From Ascidiella aspersa (taxonomy: Eukaryota), in the NCBI GenBank assembly GCA_963924565.1, contig OZ004612.1, positions 10,354,001-10,418,000 on the forward strand: a stretch of 64,000 bases of DNA, given 5' to 3'. Position 1 is the first letter of the stretch. Each line of letters opens with the position of its first letter. Positions 38,601 through 50,948 of this stretch are shown in pieces. The notes under the pieces are model-generated. The model did not search any database, was not told where the DNA came from, and saw only the letters and a program-made list of their open reading frames with translations. The position numbers were made by a program, and so were the translations under genes.

Positions 38601-41600
38601 ATATTCTTATTACGTCTCACTACAACCTCCAACCATTATGCTCCAAACTAAACGCACTGTTTCAGGCGGTGTTTGTTTTAGCGGGTAAAGCCAGTGGTCT
38701 GACGTTATATTGTGAGTAGTGCCTCACTTTGGATAACGTTATCTACTGTTTACCTACTGGCAAGAAGATTTGTTCGTGACCGGAATCGAGAGTTTTGCAA
38801 TATTTGCTTTCAGTTTTTTTGTAATCGTCTGATTTATATCAGTTAATTTAACGACTCCCTGAGGTGAAAGCCGGTCTAGTGGGTCGGGTCTACTTTGCGC
38901 GCCAAGGAGGTTGGCATTTACTTACAATTTTTTTAATTCTGGAGACTTGGAAATTTGCGAGTTTTAAGCTCAACAAAAACAAAACAGGAATTTAAAAGAG
39001 ATAAATAAAACTAAATATAACATCTATTTTGTATTAATAGTCAAGCTTGAAGTTAGTAAAACTACATAAGGAAGTGCGAAGTTGTAAATAGGTTTGCCGC
39101 TTTGTCGCTATGGGTAAATGGGAGGCTAACATTAAAGCCATGGCGTCTAAAGGAATTTCGCAAATTAAAAATGAGGCGAACCCTATAAGCAAAACAGGGT
39201 TCGTATGTCTGACCCGTGAATTGTTCTCCACGTTTCGTGACAAAATAAACCTACATCAAATTAATAAAAGTATTACGAGAAATACGATTTCGTGTCCCAC
39301 AAGCACAAACAACGCGACGACTTACTGAGCTGCGGCTGTGGTTGGCGAACCATGGGCATCTGTTGCTGAACAACCAGTACTGGGTTCGGCTGCTGCTGCA
39401 TCTGAATGACTGGACGCACCATCACTGGAGCTAGAATCTATAAATCGACGATAAAATAAAGATCGTTGAAAGATTACTGCTGGCGTAAATCAAATGTTTA
39501 TCACAGATTTAGGGTCCGAAAACCTTGATACGTTTTTTGGGATTTCTTTTGGAAGACGAATTTATGACATTTATACGTGTTACAATTTAATTATTGAATG
39601 CCAAATTATTAGAAAAACATGTGGATTATTTAAAAAATTCAACTTTTAATTTGATTTAAATAAGGACGCGTGAAATGCCTAACTGTACAATCTGCAACCG
39701 TCATAAGGTAACAGTTATAGAAAAACTGCAACCTTTTTTACAACTATCTAATTAAATATCCACCAACAATCTTGCAATGTTCAAACGGTGCAACGTTAAA
39801 ATCCGTTTTTTTTAGTGAACTTACGTGGGGTTGTTGAGTCTGGGGTTGCACCGGCTGCACAGAAACCTGGGTGACAGGCGGCCTCTCCGGGACTGGAACG
39901 GGTACAGGTTGGGGGGTTGACTTTGGGGTATCGTTGGGTTCCGTTGGCTACAGGCAAACATAACGCTTGTGTCAGTTAGGGGAAACTTTTACGCGCCGTA
40001 TTGCTTCCTAAGCAGCATTCGTACTTTTGACTATAGGTTAACAGTGATCGACAAGCAGAAGCCCGCTGCCAATGGTTTTGGATGCCATAAAGATACGCCC
40101 TTCTATTTGACTAGGTTTGGTTTGCGGGAGAAATGCGAGTAGGGTAAACAAAAAATTCGTAAAACTCGAAATATTATTTTGCGCATAAAAAATTAACATT
40201 AAAATTTTTCAAAAGTCGGAAAAATTAGGTAAATTTAGGATAGGTAAATTTTGAAAATGTGTCGTTAATTGCACTAGGACTGTGTCACGCAAGCTTGTAA
40301 AATGTATTTTTATTATGATTGCTTAAAAAATGTTGTTTTATAACAACAATTATTCCAATTAAGCCAACAACCCATTAGGGCATTAATGGAAGAAAATAAG
40401 ACTATATCCGAAAGTTTTTAAAAGTTATTTTCTAACCAAACTTTAGCTATTTGACAAATTTGTAACATTTGCGTTCAAGCGTCCATTAAACCCGCTTGCC
40501 AAATCAAAACAACATTCGCCCCGCATGCGAAAAAAATCGCCCATCCCTGTTCTAAATCGACCTCCTTCACAGATAATGCACATTTTTTAAAAAAAAGTAT
40601 CCAACTATCTGTGTCGTCTATCTGTCAGTAAGTATATCAGAAATCCGCCTTCGTTTCTTTTGTTTAACTCGCCGCATGAGGCAAGTGTACCTTGGGTCCT
40701 ATCTTCTCCAACTTTTCGTCGACCAGCATTCCCTGGGCGCGCTGAATGTGCTCGAGCTGCTCTTCGATCGTCACGTTCGCCTTCGCCTTCTCGCGCGTGT
40801 TGCTCGCGCTGCTCGAGTGGCCGTCCCACGACACCTGGAAGTATATCGCGTTGAAAAAGAGGTTTAAATGGGCCAAATACCATTACAACAACAATCACAG
40901 TTAACAATCCTTGTAAATAGCCGTATTTGTCCAATTCGAAATAAGGTATCAGGTGGCACTAAATAAAGACAAGTTGTATTAAAATCTTGACAAGCTTACG
41001 CAGGTTAAGGTAGAAATGAAATACAAAAGCTTGTCAAAAGTTTCAATACAAATTGTAGGCATATAGTGTCACCTTAATACCTTCAGTTAAAAAGTGATAT
41101 AAAGGGGAATGCTCAAGAGACCCATATTTTTTGAGCAAAAAACGCAACCTCAGAGTCTGGGTCTCCATTATTGCAGATACCCAATAACTAAATGCCAGGA
41201 TTTTAAAAAGTACCTGTTTAAGTTTAACACAGGATCTTATTTTCCAAAACCGTTAAAAAAGATAAAAAAACACCAAATCTAATAATATTAGTCTAATTCA
41301 TGCCAAGTTAACTTCCAAATGTTCAAAAACCCTATAAAGGTAAGACATTTTGTACCATGCGATACGATATCTTTTGACAAAGAGTCAGTTTGCTATAAAT
41401 CTTAATATGTAGCTTTTTTACCTTCTCTTCTTGTGGATCTTCTTCCTCTCCGACCTTTTGACCGATGCCAGTTTCCTCGACACCGAAAATATCGGTACGT
41501 CTCTCTGCAAGTCCCTTCAGCGACGCCTCAATATCACCACCTATTAAGAACAAAAAATGAGTGTAAACACACTGGTTAACGGTTGTCCAAATATTTCACT

Positions 41601-44600
41601 TAACAGCTTACATTGGCCTTACAAAGCCGAATCATCTTTTAATGTTATAGAAATGTAATGGTATAATAATAAAACTTAAGTTTCTGAATTAGAGGGTTTT
41701 CATTTTCGGCAAATTTTTAATTTGTACTGTTGTCTTCTGTACTTCCATTATGAATTTTGTTATTTATAAGTGTGGGCAATAATGTTAATATTTTTGTATG
41801 TGAGGAATGAAATCAGGTTTGACTGTAAAAAAATTATGGTTGCCTAAAACAAGTACACCGAAAACCATTGCAGACTTAACGAATCTGTCGAACAATGATG
41901 CAAACGGGGCAGCCTAGAAAAAGAGCTAGCCTGCAGTGAGGTTCGAACTCACGACCTGCGGTCATACCGGAACCGTCGCTCTACCAACTGAGCTATACAC
42001 AGACTCAGAGGGTAGCGAATCGGGAAACAATCATGACACCAATGCCTGCTACATTCTGTTAGTACAAGCAACTTTACATTGAAGGGGATCTACAGTACCA
42101 TATCATTGTTCAAAGAAACATGCCACACATACGCGTTGAACAACTGTGATCTTGCCCTACTGAAGCTGCTTTTTGACTAACGATTACGGCTTACGTATCA
42201 TTATTTTTTTAAGGCCTGCCCTGTTTGCATCATTGACCGACAGAATCGGTGAGTCTGCAATGGCTTTCGGTATACTAATAAGACTAAAGCCGAAATCGTT
42301 AGTCAAAAAGCAGCTTCAGAAGGGCTAGATCACAGTTGTTAACACACACGTGTGGTATGTTTCACTGCCTAAAACAATATGTACCGGTAAGTAAAAAGCA
42401 CATTAAATGGTATAAACTTTCAAAAATCGGATACCTGCTGCGAACACTTCCTCCTCCTGCTGCCGCTCCAGGATCTGTTTGCGCTTCTGCTCCTTCCAGT
42501 TTGGATCGAGGAGTCCGATCCTCATGTGCTCCTGCATCTTGCTCGAGTGAATCTTCTCACCCGTGATCGGAGACACCATGTAGCTGTCAGGAACAGGCTG
42601 AAAGCGGGGAGAACAGCATTTTAGTGCTTAACTCCGTGGTTCTTAAGCTGTTTGCCTTGAGAGATTGTCACGTGTGCCGCAAAACTTTTGCAATTTCGGA
42701 AAATACGTTATTTGTATTACCAATGGGTACACAGACTATACACGCAAGTATTTTAGACTCAAATACGCACTATCTATTACAAAGTATTAATATTGAGACA
42801 TTTACATATAGTTTGTTGTGTGTTAAGGGAGATTGTAAAATTAGTCTATTGTTGTTTGGTTAAAAGCGTGCCGCGAAATATTTCAGATATTTTAGGTGTG
42901 CAGGGAGCCAAAAAAGTTTGAGAACCACTGGTTTCACTTAAAATTTCGTTTTGGTGAGCTCAAATCACAGCAGTTTTAAAAGACTTGCAGCAGAGTATTA
43001 AGGATACTTTACGTCGCCAGTCAAAAATTCAGCCTTACAAAACTCTATAAATCAAATTAAACCAACAACAATTTGCAGAAACTGTACAAACTGTTATTAC
43101 CTTTAAACAAAAACATTTTTCCACAAAAACTTAACATTTTAATCACATAAAAGTACATCGTGTCACATTTCCATAGCTGAGTTCTATAATTCATACTTTG
43201 TTATCTAGCAGTGGACTGTAGTTAATAAAAGCGGTGATATACCTGTTTAACTTTTTCTTTCTTTTTCTCCTGTCTTGTCTTGGGGTCATAATTTTTCCGG
43301 ATGATGACCTCATGGGAGGGTGGTTTGATGGGAGGCGCAGGTTGGATGCGGGGAGTACGGCTGGGAGCAACCTCCTCTTCTTCTTCATCAGAACTCTATA
43401 AATGCATGAAAAAGTTAAATTGACAAACCCAGGTAGGTGGAGTTAGGCAGATGTAGGACCCAAATATAAACTTGTTGTTGCAAGGATTTAGTGGATAACG
43501 TTGTTTGTAGCCCGCTCCCCTTTAAAGTTATTTAGGAATACAAAAAAGTTTTTAACCACATCCTTAATCTTTTTTAGCGTTGCTTGATAATAAATTGCGA
43601 AGCCAAAAAGGCCGAGTAGATCGACAGCATCTTGATTGAGACGTTTCGAAACAAGCTTGTATCATCTTCAGTTAATGTGACTGAGAAGTTTTTTAAAGTT
43701 AATAGCAACTAATAATGACAAAGCAGCTTAAAATCACCTCTTCCATATCCATGTCAACGAGCTGTGGATGCTCATCTCTCTCTTCTTCCTCTTCTTTCTC
43801 CTTGTTTTCCTCTTCGTGCTGCTTCATTGCATCCTCACCAAACTTGTCTATCCTCTCCTGCTGCAAGAGTCGAGTCCCCAGCTCGTCGATGGTGACCGGC
43901 CGCGGAAAGTTTCCTGGGAATTTTAGAGTATAGTACTATCTAATTTTGAAATATTTGGGCCAAGCTTTCGATGTGTTTGGTATTAAAATTACAAACAGAC
44001 ATTTGCACTTGATGAGAAAAGAGTATTACCATAGCGGTAACATAACTAGGGATTGTGCAAAAATATGGTTTATAGATTAATGGAAATGTTTGTCGTAATG
44101 CGAATATAATTTAAATTTTATATTTTAAACTCTATCCCATTTTTAGATGCTCACTTTTTTATGATATTTTTTAAGACACCTTTATTTATAATAATCTAGT
44201 TCAGTGGTTCTAAATCTTTTGAGCTTTGTGCCCCCCTTTGATAAACTCTCGACCCTCGTGGCCAATACCAAGCATTGGGTTTCATGCCTTATTGTACAAA
44301 TAAGTCATTTTAAATTTAAATTAACGTAGTATTTTTTATATGTATTATTATCGGCCCTGTTTTGTACTGTGCCAAGAGATGTCACCACATTCGTCGAGAT
44401 TATTTCTCTATTTTCGTTTTATTATTGCGTTACTATTAGCCTACTTGACAAATAAGCTGTGCATGAAAGACTGAATGTTGGCCTAAAAATGACCTTGAAT
44501 ATTTGAATAACCCTTTATGCGTTTTACGATGAAATGTTTATTTTGCACCTGAACTATCTTACATAAAATTGCGAAACCGTTGCACCTGGCATTGCACCCT

Positions 44601-47600
44601 ATTTGCTTGCCTAACAGCATTTGTTGTACACTCAATGATTAGGTAAGGGTGTCCGCAAGTAATAATTGGCCGCCCGGAAAAACGCTGACGCCGCACTGCA
44701 TGCAACGTATGCAGCAGAACAGTATTGTTTAGCCACAGCGACAGGCCTTTAAACAAACTTTTCACTCGCGAATGACTAATAAGGCGTAACTTTCCGCGAT
44801 AAAACAAATAAAAATAATCCAATATTCTACTTTAAACATCCCTACTGACGAGTCAAAGCAAGTGTCAGAAAAATAGGTAAAAAACACAAAATTAAGTTAA
44901 CTGGTAAATTTTAAATCTAGTGACACTTTGGTTTTCGCAATATCTAGCTAAAGAGTAATGCCCGTGTCCCCCCAGGGAGCACAGTTGAGAAACCCTGCTA
45001 TAGTTAATAAAGTTAAATAAAAAATGTTATATCTGGCCTGTGTTTTGCGAGTTTTGAAGTTTCCTATAACTTGGCGACCCCTTAGAAATTGGCAGTTTGC
45101 AATTTTTACACTCATCTTAAAAAAATAAAGGATATTTAATGCTGATATATGCAAATACCTTTGCAAGTTCTTATATAAACAAGCAAGAAGGATTTAAAAA
45201 CATAACATCACATTTATATTCCCAATACACAAATTTTATATTAATTAAAACATAATCTAATTTAAAAAGGAACATAGATCAGGATTACACTTTACAGTTA
45301 GGTAATGCATACCACGCTCATCCATTTGGAAGTCCACAGTTTCAACAACAACGAAGTCATGCCAATCGATCTGCGCATACATCAGGCGTTCTTTCTCGAT
45401 GGCCGCTTGTTGGCGCTGACGAATACGCTCCTCGTGTTTTGTCCATGCAACTCTGTATTTTACCTGAAGAAAATCAAAGTTGAACAGGAATGTAAAACAA
45501 ATGTTAGTTAATATGAAGGACGTTTCTAACATACTTTTACAAGTTGTAGTTTTACTGGTCATGGGCATATAAAAATATCTCTCTCTTTTAAAATGTTTTT
45601 AATTTTAAATTATTATTTTCACACTTAAAGTGTCAAAACAAGTCACCTAACAAATTATCACTTTAACTCTAAACGTCACATCACTAGTATACTGGGTCAA
45701 AACTATTTGAATTAACTATAACTGTTTTGACATGGAGCATAATGGTTGGAGGTTGGAGTAAGACGTAATAAGAATATCAAAGCCCATACAGAAGTAGGTA
45801 TCATTTTGAACGTTTCGAATAACTCTTTATTCGTTTTCAACATCAATGGGCTTTGATATTCTTATTATGTTTTAACATGCCTATTATAAAGTTTAACTGC
45901 AAATAATTAAGCGTGTATTTATTTCTTCTAAATAAAATATATTATAAAGTTATATTTATGAGACTTGCTAAGAGCTTTGGAGAGTGACTTACCTCATCCA
46001 ATACAATTTTAGGATTATCACCTTCTTTTTTGAGTTTCTCCAATGTAGTCTTCGGAGGTATCAAAATCTGAAAGCAAAATTATATATCTTTTGTATAATT
46101 AACTAAAATTTCCATTTAAAAATCCAAAAACCTTACACTCAATAGGTGTGGGTTCACACAACTAGACTACTATATTTTCAGGTATGTCTAATAGACAATA
46201 TAACAACACAAAAATCCAAAAATATATCAAATAATGTTTGATGAAACATATACACTGTAAGCAACTTGTACATACCTTGCTGTATTGTTCACACAGTTTG
46301 GTGAAATACTGGAAGAGTGAGTGCTGTGGGCGCAGAAAATCAAACTGAAAGTTCTTTGCCTCTCTTTGCATAAGCTGGGTGAGAAAGGTTCGACCATTGC
46401 GAGCAACAAACTGAGCAGTGAGGCGGACCTAATAGAATAATTTTTTTTAAACAGTGTAAATCAACTGTGGATCAAGTTAAGAAATTGTATTTTCTATAAG
46501 CTAAGAACATTTTACCACAATTCACTTGACCTTCAAAAACTAAATAGCGCAAAGCTAAAACAATTAATATTATTACGTCAAAGGAGGATTTCTTTGACTT
46601 GCAATATATTTATATAATTAAAAAAAAGTGCAAGAGGTGTAGTAAAATTTCCAACAAGAAACTGAAAGAGTTGTTTTGTTTGGCAACAAAGTGTAAACTA
46701 AGTAATTTACCAGTTCTAACCAATAATAAATAAATTAAATTCTTTAGTTGTTTACCACATCAAGATCATAAGCTGCAATGGAAGGTGGATCAGCAATAAA
46801 CTCATAATTTGCTGGTGGGTCTTTGGGAACAAACTGTTCCTGAACTACAGCAACAGAGGGCTAAAAATGAACAAAATACACGTTATATTAAACAAATAAC
46901 TAACAGTTGATATTTTTAAGGTACCTTAACTGTGGAAGGAACACTCTTCGGAACACTTGGTTCTTTTCCTTTTCCCTCAATAAACTCTTTCACCTTATGA
47001 CGGTAGTAGGCATGGTATGGGTCATCTGGAATTATACATTATTGGGTTTACAAACATAAATAAAACTTTGGTTATTTAAATACTTCTAATTGTTGACTGA
47101 CTATATACATTATAAAAGAATAACAAAAAAACAATTATTTATATAACTTTCACAATAATATAAATCATTTTACATTGCAAAATTACTATTCCAGTGGTTT
47201 AATGTTACTTGGTTTTAAAATATTTGCCAGTTTTTCTTGTATTTTTATGGCCCAAATGAAAAAAGGGAATCAAATAAAATGACAATTTGATTTATTTTGG
47301 CAAATTCTAATCTAGTCACTTAAGGTAAAAAAAATTTTTGCTAAAGTTGGGGTAAAAGAAACAATGCCATCACACCTAAAGTATATATAATTTTTTTTTA
47401 ATTTCTTTTTCAGGTAAAAAATACATTCTTGGACTAACCAATAAGCCCTCAGCCATTTTAATTTTTTTTTCTCTGAGTAAAGTTATGCTGGTTTAAACAA
47501 CAGTTGTAAAATTCGTATCTTAAAAAGGTTTGTAAGACCATTAGAAACGCGTGTAATTCCTATACAACTAACTTTGTGGCAATGTCCTTTATTCTGTGTT

Positions 47601-50295
47601 GTGTCATAACATTGATCTATTAAACAAAAAATACCTTACTTTCCTAGCTGGTTTAGTTTTTTAGATATATATATATTTTTTTACCCCGATCGATTCTATG
47701 GGCACGGGGTGAAAAAACAGTGTTTTTATTAACCCAATGTATTTTTTTTACCCCATAATTTTATTTTGTAATTTTAAGGTTTAAAAAGTAAACTAAATAT
47801 GCCTAGCCAATATGTACCAATACCAAAGCTACATAATGAGGCTTATTTGTAGAACATGAGCTAAAAACACCAAGGTAGACAACTAATAGGCATGTATTTT
47901 GGGTAAAATAACCAAACTTTTTAGTTTTATTCAGAAAATTTAAAGCTATACACCAAAATGAATGAATACCAGGTAACATTAGTGCCAAAAGAAAGTGAAA
48001 CATTTGAAGAAATTAATCGGTCATGAATAGGGACTTTTTATTCTTATACCGATACGCGATATTTTTCAACAAAGTGTATACGCGATCCAAGCCAATACCA
48101 CATGAAGGTATTATTATGCTCAAACAGGCAAAATAGATTAAATTGAAACTTCTAGGGTTATTGATCAAAATTTGTCTTAACAGTAGAAAAGTAATTAGCT
48201 TGAGATGTTAAACTTCTATAAATTTACCTTTGTAGAAAAAGTAGAAAATTTATTTTTAGTAAATATAACAAGAGGCCCAGAACCTAAACAAGTGCAGATC
48301 ACAGAGGTAGACTTAAGCAATTATTTTAGACTTTTCCCATAACATAGGGGAAAGATATGAATGTTTTTTGTAATGATGAGGATGAAATAAAGGCAACTTA
48401 GCAATTTTCTTCATAAAAAATAAGAAAAAGCTAATATTTCCAGGTTGTCCTCGAACTGCCCCACAAATCTAAAAACTCTTGTTGTTGAGGTGATTTACTT
48501 CTGAAAATACCACTGATGGCCAGTGCTAACTGTTGAAAGGCATAGTTTTAATTTACCAGGGAGAAATTAGTTGCTAAAAATATTTTAAACAGGTGCAAAT
48601 TCGGGGTACCATAATGTAATCATAAAAAATGTTTTTTTTTTTACTCAAATTCTCTTTTTATTAACGGTATTCATGAAAATTGTGTGTTGTTGAGACTTTG
48701 AAAGAGCATTTTTAGTCTATTTACTTCAAATAAAGTCAAACCAGCTTCTATAAATTATTATAAATGGTCCTGTACACTTGTTTTTTTTTTACCCCGGCAT
48801 TGTTTTTTTTGCCCTTTCATCACGGTAAAAAAAAACACAGATGTTGTAAAATATTTTTTTTATTTTATAATAAAATTAAAAATCCTTTATGTGGTTGGAA
48901 AGGTAGACCCATAAGCTCAATAAGAATGAAAAATTACACTTCTGTTGCGAAAAACAAAAGTTAGGCAGACAAGTTAGCTAAAATTGTTTTTTTTTACCCC
49001 GCTTGACTATACTAAGTAAGTCTAAAACTGCAGGTGAAATGCACATTTCTAATTCACAACACAAATATTCCTAATTCACAAAAAAAATCTGTTTTTGATA
49101 CTTACTGTTGTTAAGGAAGTTGAACTTGGAATTGTTGATTTCGTTCTGGCGAATCCTGGCTTCAAATTCAGGCCCATTGCGACCGACGAAACTGGCTGTT
49201 TTGTCGACAATGTTTCTCACTTCTGGAGGTGGGTAAATGATTCCTATGATGGGTTTTGACGACTGGGTGTCTTCTGGTTCTGGTTCAGGTGCATTTCCTG
49301 AAACCTATGCAACAACATCTCTTATAAGCAACTGTTGTGATGTACTGCTAACAAGGCATTTTAATCTGCCAATTAGTGTGTACAATTTTGATGGCTGTCA
49401 ACTAACATTGAGAAAGTTTGCACTGGTCTAGAAGCCTACCACATTTTTGTCCAGGGGTTTCTAATGCTAGCATCCACTATGAAAAGTCTGGCAAGCGCAC
49501 TCACAGTTCTTTTCAACAATTTGGACCTGCACATCTAGACAACAAATTTATGGTGAGGTGCACTTTTGACCTTAGTTGCAACTTGTCACCCAAATTTTTT
49601 CAGCAATGCACCCACGGGATCTCATTGAGATCTGCCATACTTTTCATTGAGTTAGGGTGGTAGTTAGTGTTTATGACTTTTGGTAGGTAAGTATTATTAT
49701 TATATTTATTCTCCAATCTTTATTTCTTACTTGCAATTTCAACTTTGATAACTTGTTGCGTTACAGTAAAAAAGTAGTAGGATTTTAGAGGAGGGCAAGA
49801 AAGTCCAATTTTGGGATTGCATTTTTACGGTACAATATTGGAATTTTGTTGTGCATCCATACATTATTATATAATTAGTAAATTTGGCGCTGGTCTAGAA
49901 TCCTACCACAATCATGAAATCAATGCACAATATTTGGGTTAGGGTGCGAGTTAGCGTTTGGGTGTGGGTGGGTCAAGTATTAGTATATTAATTATTTAAT
50001 AATAATACTTGACCCACCTTAACCCAAACGCTAACCCGCACCCCAACCCAAATAACGTTCGTTGTGGTAGGATTCTAGACCAGCGCCGTAAATTCTAATT
50101 AGGTGCCACAGGTTACTAAAGAAAACAAGTTTCTCTGCCCATTTAATTTTATGTTTTCTGGTATGACTTCCGTTGTAGTTAGCATCAAGAGTAAAGGCCG
50201 CCAATGGTTAATTAGTTAATAAGGAAAACAATACTACAAGAAGCAGTTTAACAAATCCTTACCCGAATATCATCCTTCTCTACGGCGGGAGGCAT
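35649..50295 (-). CDS. SF3A1: Splicing factor 3A subunit 1 (SF3a120/Prp21), ~752 aa, 18 exons
   Basis: Exons 50295-50263, 49304-49106, 47025-46925, 46860-46756, 46428-46276, 46067-45993, 45463-45313, 43913-43738, 43395-43243, 42597-42435, 41540-41422, 40834-40691, 39947-39825, 39437-39326, 37931-37757, 37422-37320, 36755-36684, 35750-35649. SURP1 IIYPPPEVRNIVDKTASFV, SURP2 LTAQFVARNG...FQFDFLRPQHSLF, AQIDWHDFVVVETVDF, LAERRTDIFG, ubiquitin-like end FIKDSNSLAFYN...KERGGRKK. Confidence 0.97.
38455..38646. mobile_element. Foldback retro-insertion (inverted Penelope-type pLTR-like unit) with U3-A8 hammerhead variant, copy 1
   Basis: ~75-bp near-perfect inverted arms (38455-38612) plus a ~34-nt asymmetric tail; 12-bp TSD ACTAAACGCACT at 38443-38454 and 38647-38658; TTGAAAA-T-GAATAA(AGAG)TTATTC-GAAA-CG-TT at 38538-38569. 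Confidence 0.75.
40943..41083. repeat. Degenerate foldback/MITE
   Basis: AAGGTATCAGGTGGCACTA...TTGACAAGCTT / AAGCTTGTCAA...TAGTGTCACCTTAATACCTT inverted arms. Confidence 0.6.
41853..42365. mobile_element. TSD-flanked, partly inverted retro-element with tRNA-like Pol III unit and hammerhead-like motif
   Basis: 12-bp TSD TGCCTAAAACAA at 41841-41852 and 42366-42377; 41853-41915 is the inverse of ~42212-42275 and 42115-42193 the inverse of ~42287-42363. Confidence 0.75.
41928..42004 (-). pseudogene. tRNA-derived sequence (SINE-type head or tRNA pseudogene; apparent anticodon GGT)
   Basis: GTCTGTGTATAGCTCAGTTGGTAGAGCGACGGTTCCGGTATGACCGCAGGTCGTGAGTTCGAACCTCACTGCAGGCT: intact A box, B box, D and T arms; 2-nt bulge in the acceptor stem, irregular anticodon arm; TTTTT shortly downstream. 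Confidence 0.8.
42634..42930. mobile_element. hAT MITE family A copy
   Basis: CCGTGGTTCTTAAG...GTTTGAGAACCACTG; internal sequence homologous to 23942-24249; TSD GCTTAACT/GTTTCACT (6 of 8). Confidence 0.8.
43635..43676 (-). ncRNA. Minimal type I hammerhead motif, canonical core, slightly decayed stems
   Basis: ATTAA-CTGAAGA-T-GATACA(AGCT)TGTTTC-GAAA-CG-TC^TCAAT; one mismatch in each of stems I and II. Confidence 0.6.
44202..44997. mobile_element. hAT-like non-autonomous element
   Basis: CAGTGGTTCTAAA...TTGAGAAACCCTG termini; partial TSD ATCTAGTT/CTATAGTT. Confidence 0.55.
45734..45867. mobile_element. Foldback retro-insertion with U3-A8 hammerhead variant, copy 2 (inverse orientation, shorter second arm)
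   Basis: Near-identical inverse of 38535-38645; TSD TGTTTTGACAT (45723-45733) / TGTTTTAACAT (45868-45878). Confidence 0.75.
49885..50088. mobile_element. Foldback MITE with 6-bp TSD and GGGTTAG-rich arms; decayed relative at ~49421-49710
   Basis: GGCGCTGGTCTAGAATCCTACCACAA / TTGTGGTAGGATTCTAGACCAGCGCC; nearly the whole element is palindromic; TSD TAAATT at 49879-49884 and 50089-50094. Confidence 0.85.
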
Positions 50296-50948
50296 AATTT
50301 TCGAAGAATTGAAGGTTTCAAATCCAACAAAAACAAAGTGCCAAGTAACACGCCGCCAAATCAAATCAAAGATTAGCAATGCGTAAAGCTAAATTTGTGG
50401 TAAACCACGTGCATAAGGTACAGTAGCAAGCTTGTGCTCAGTACACTTTTACTGAAGTCCAGACTACATTCACGGCGATCTCTTGCTAAATGCTGCCTAA
50501 AAACTTCAATTAAGATTGTCTTTCTTTTGTAAATCTTATTTATACTTCCTTTTGTAAATTCAAGGAATATTTTATTGTATTAAAATAATTAAATAAACAT
50601 AAAATATTTTGCTAGAAACTTTATCCATTTTGTATTAAATCCCGCTTACCACATTGTAATAAACAATTTTATGGAAACTGTTTTTAGTAAAAGGCTAGTT
50701 TCAACATGTCGCACTTCATTTTAGTTGCGTGTTTATTTGTAACACAATATACATAAATAAATGTACAACAAAGTTTGAGAAAGGGTAATGAAAGAAGAAA
50801 TATGTTGGCAGCTACCTTAAAGCTCAAATCAGCAGAAAAAAATTGATCACAACTTAAAGTATAATATTTGGTCATGCAGAAAAAAACAGGTTTTGGCAGT
50901 GTGAAGAAAGCACCAACTATCATACAGCAGTTCGAGTTTACTATAACA

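Noticed and set aside
41928-42004. Functional tRNA-Thr(GGT) gene
   Set aside because: Bulged acceptor stem, irregular anticodon arm without U33, and it lies inside a TSD-flanked insertion.
42091-42389. Tc1-like MITE suggested by ~80-bp inverted repeats
   Set aside because: The repeats are internal to the larger 41853-42365 insertion bounded by a 12-bp TSD.
44841-44877. CCTA-CTGACGA...GAAA...TAGG hammerhead candidate
   Set aside because: No stem II pairing and no UH cleavage site.
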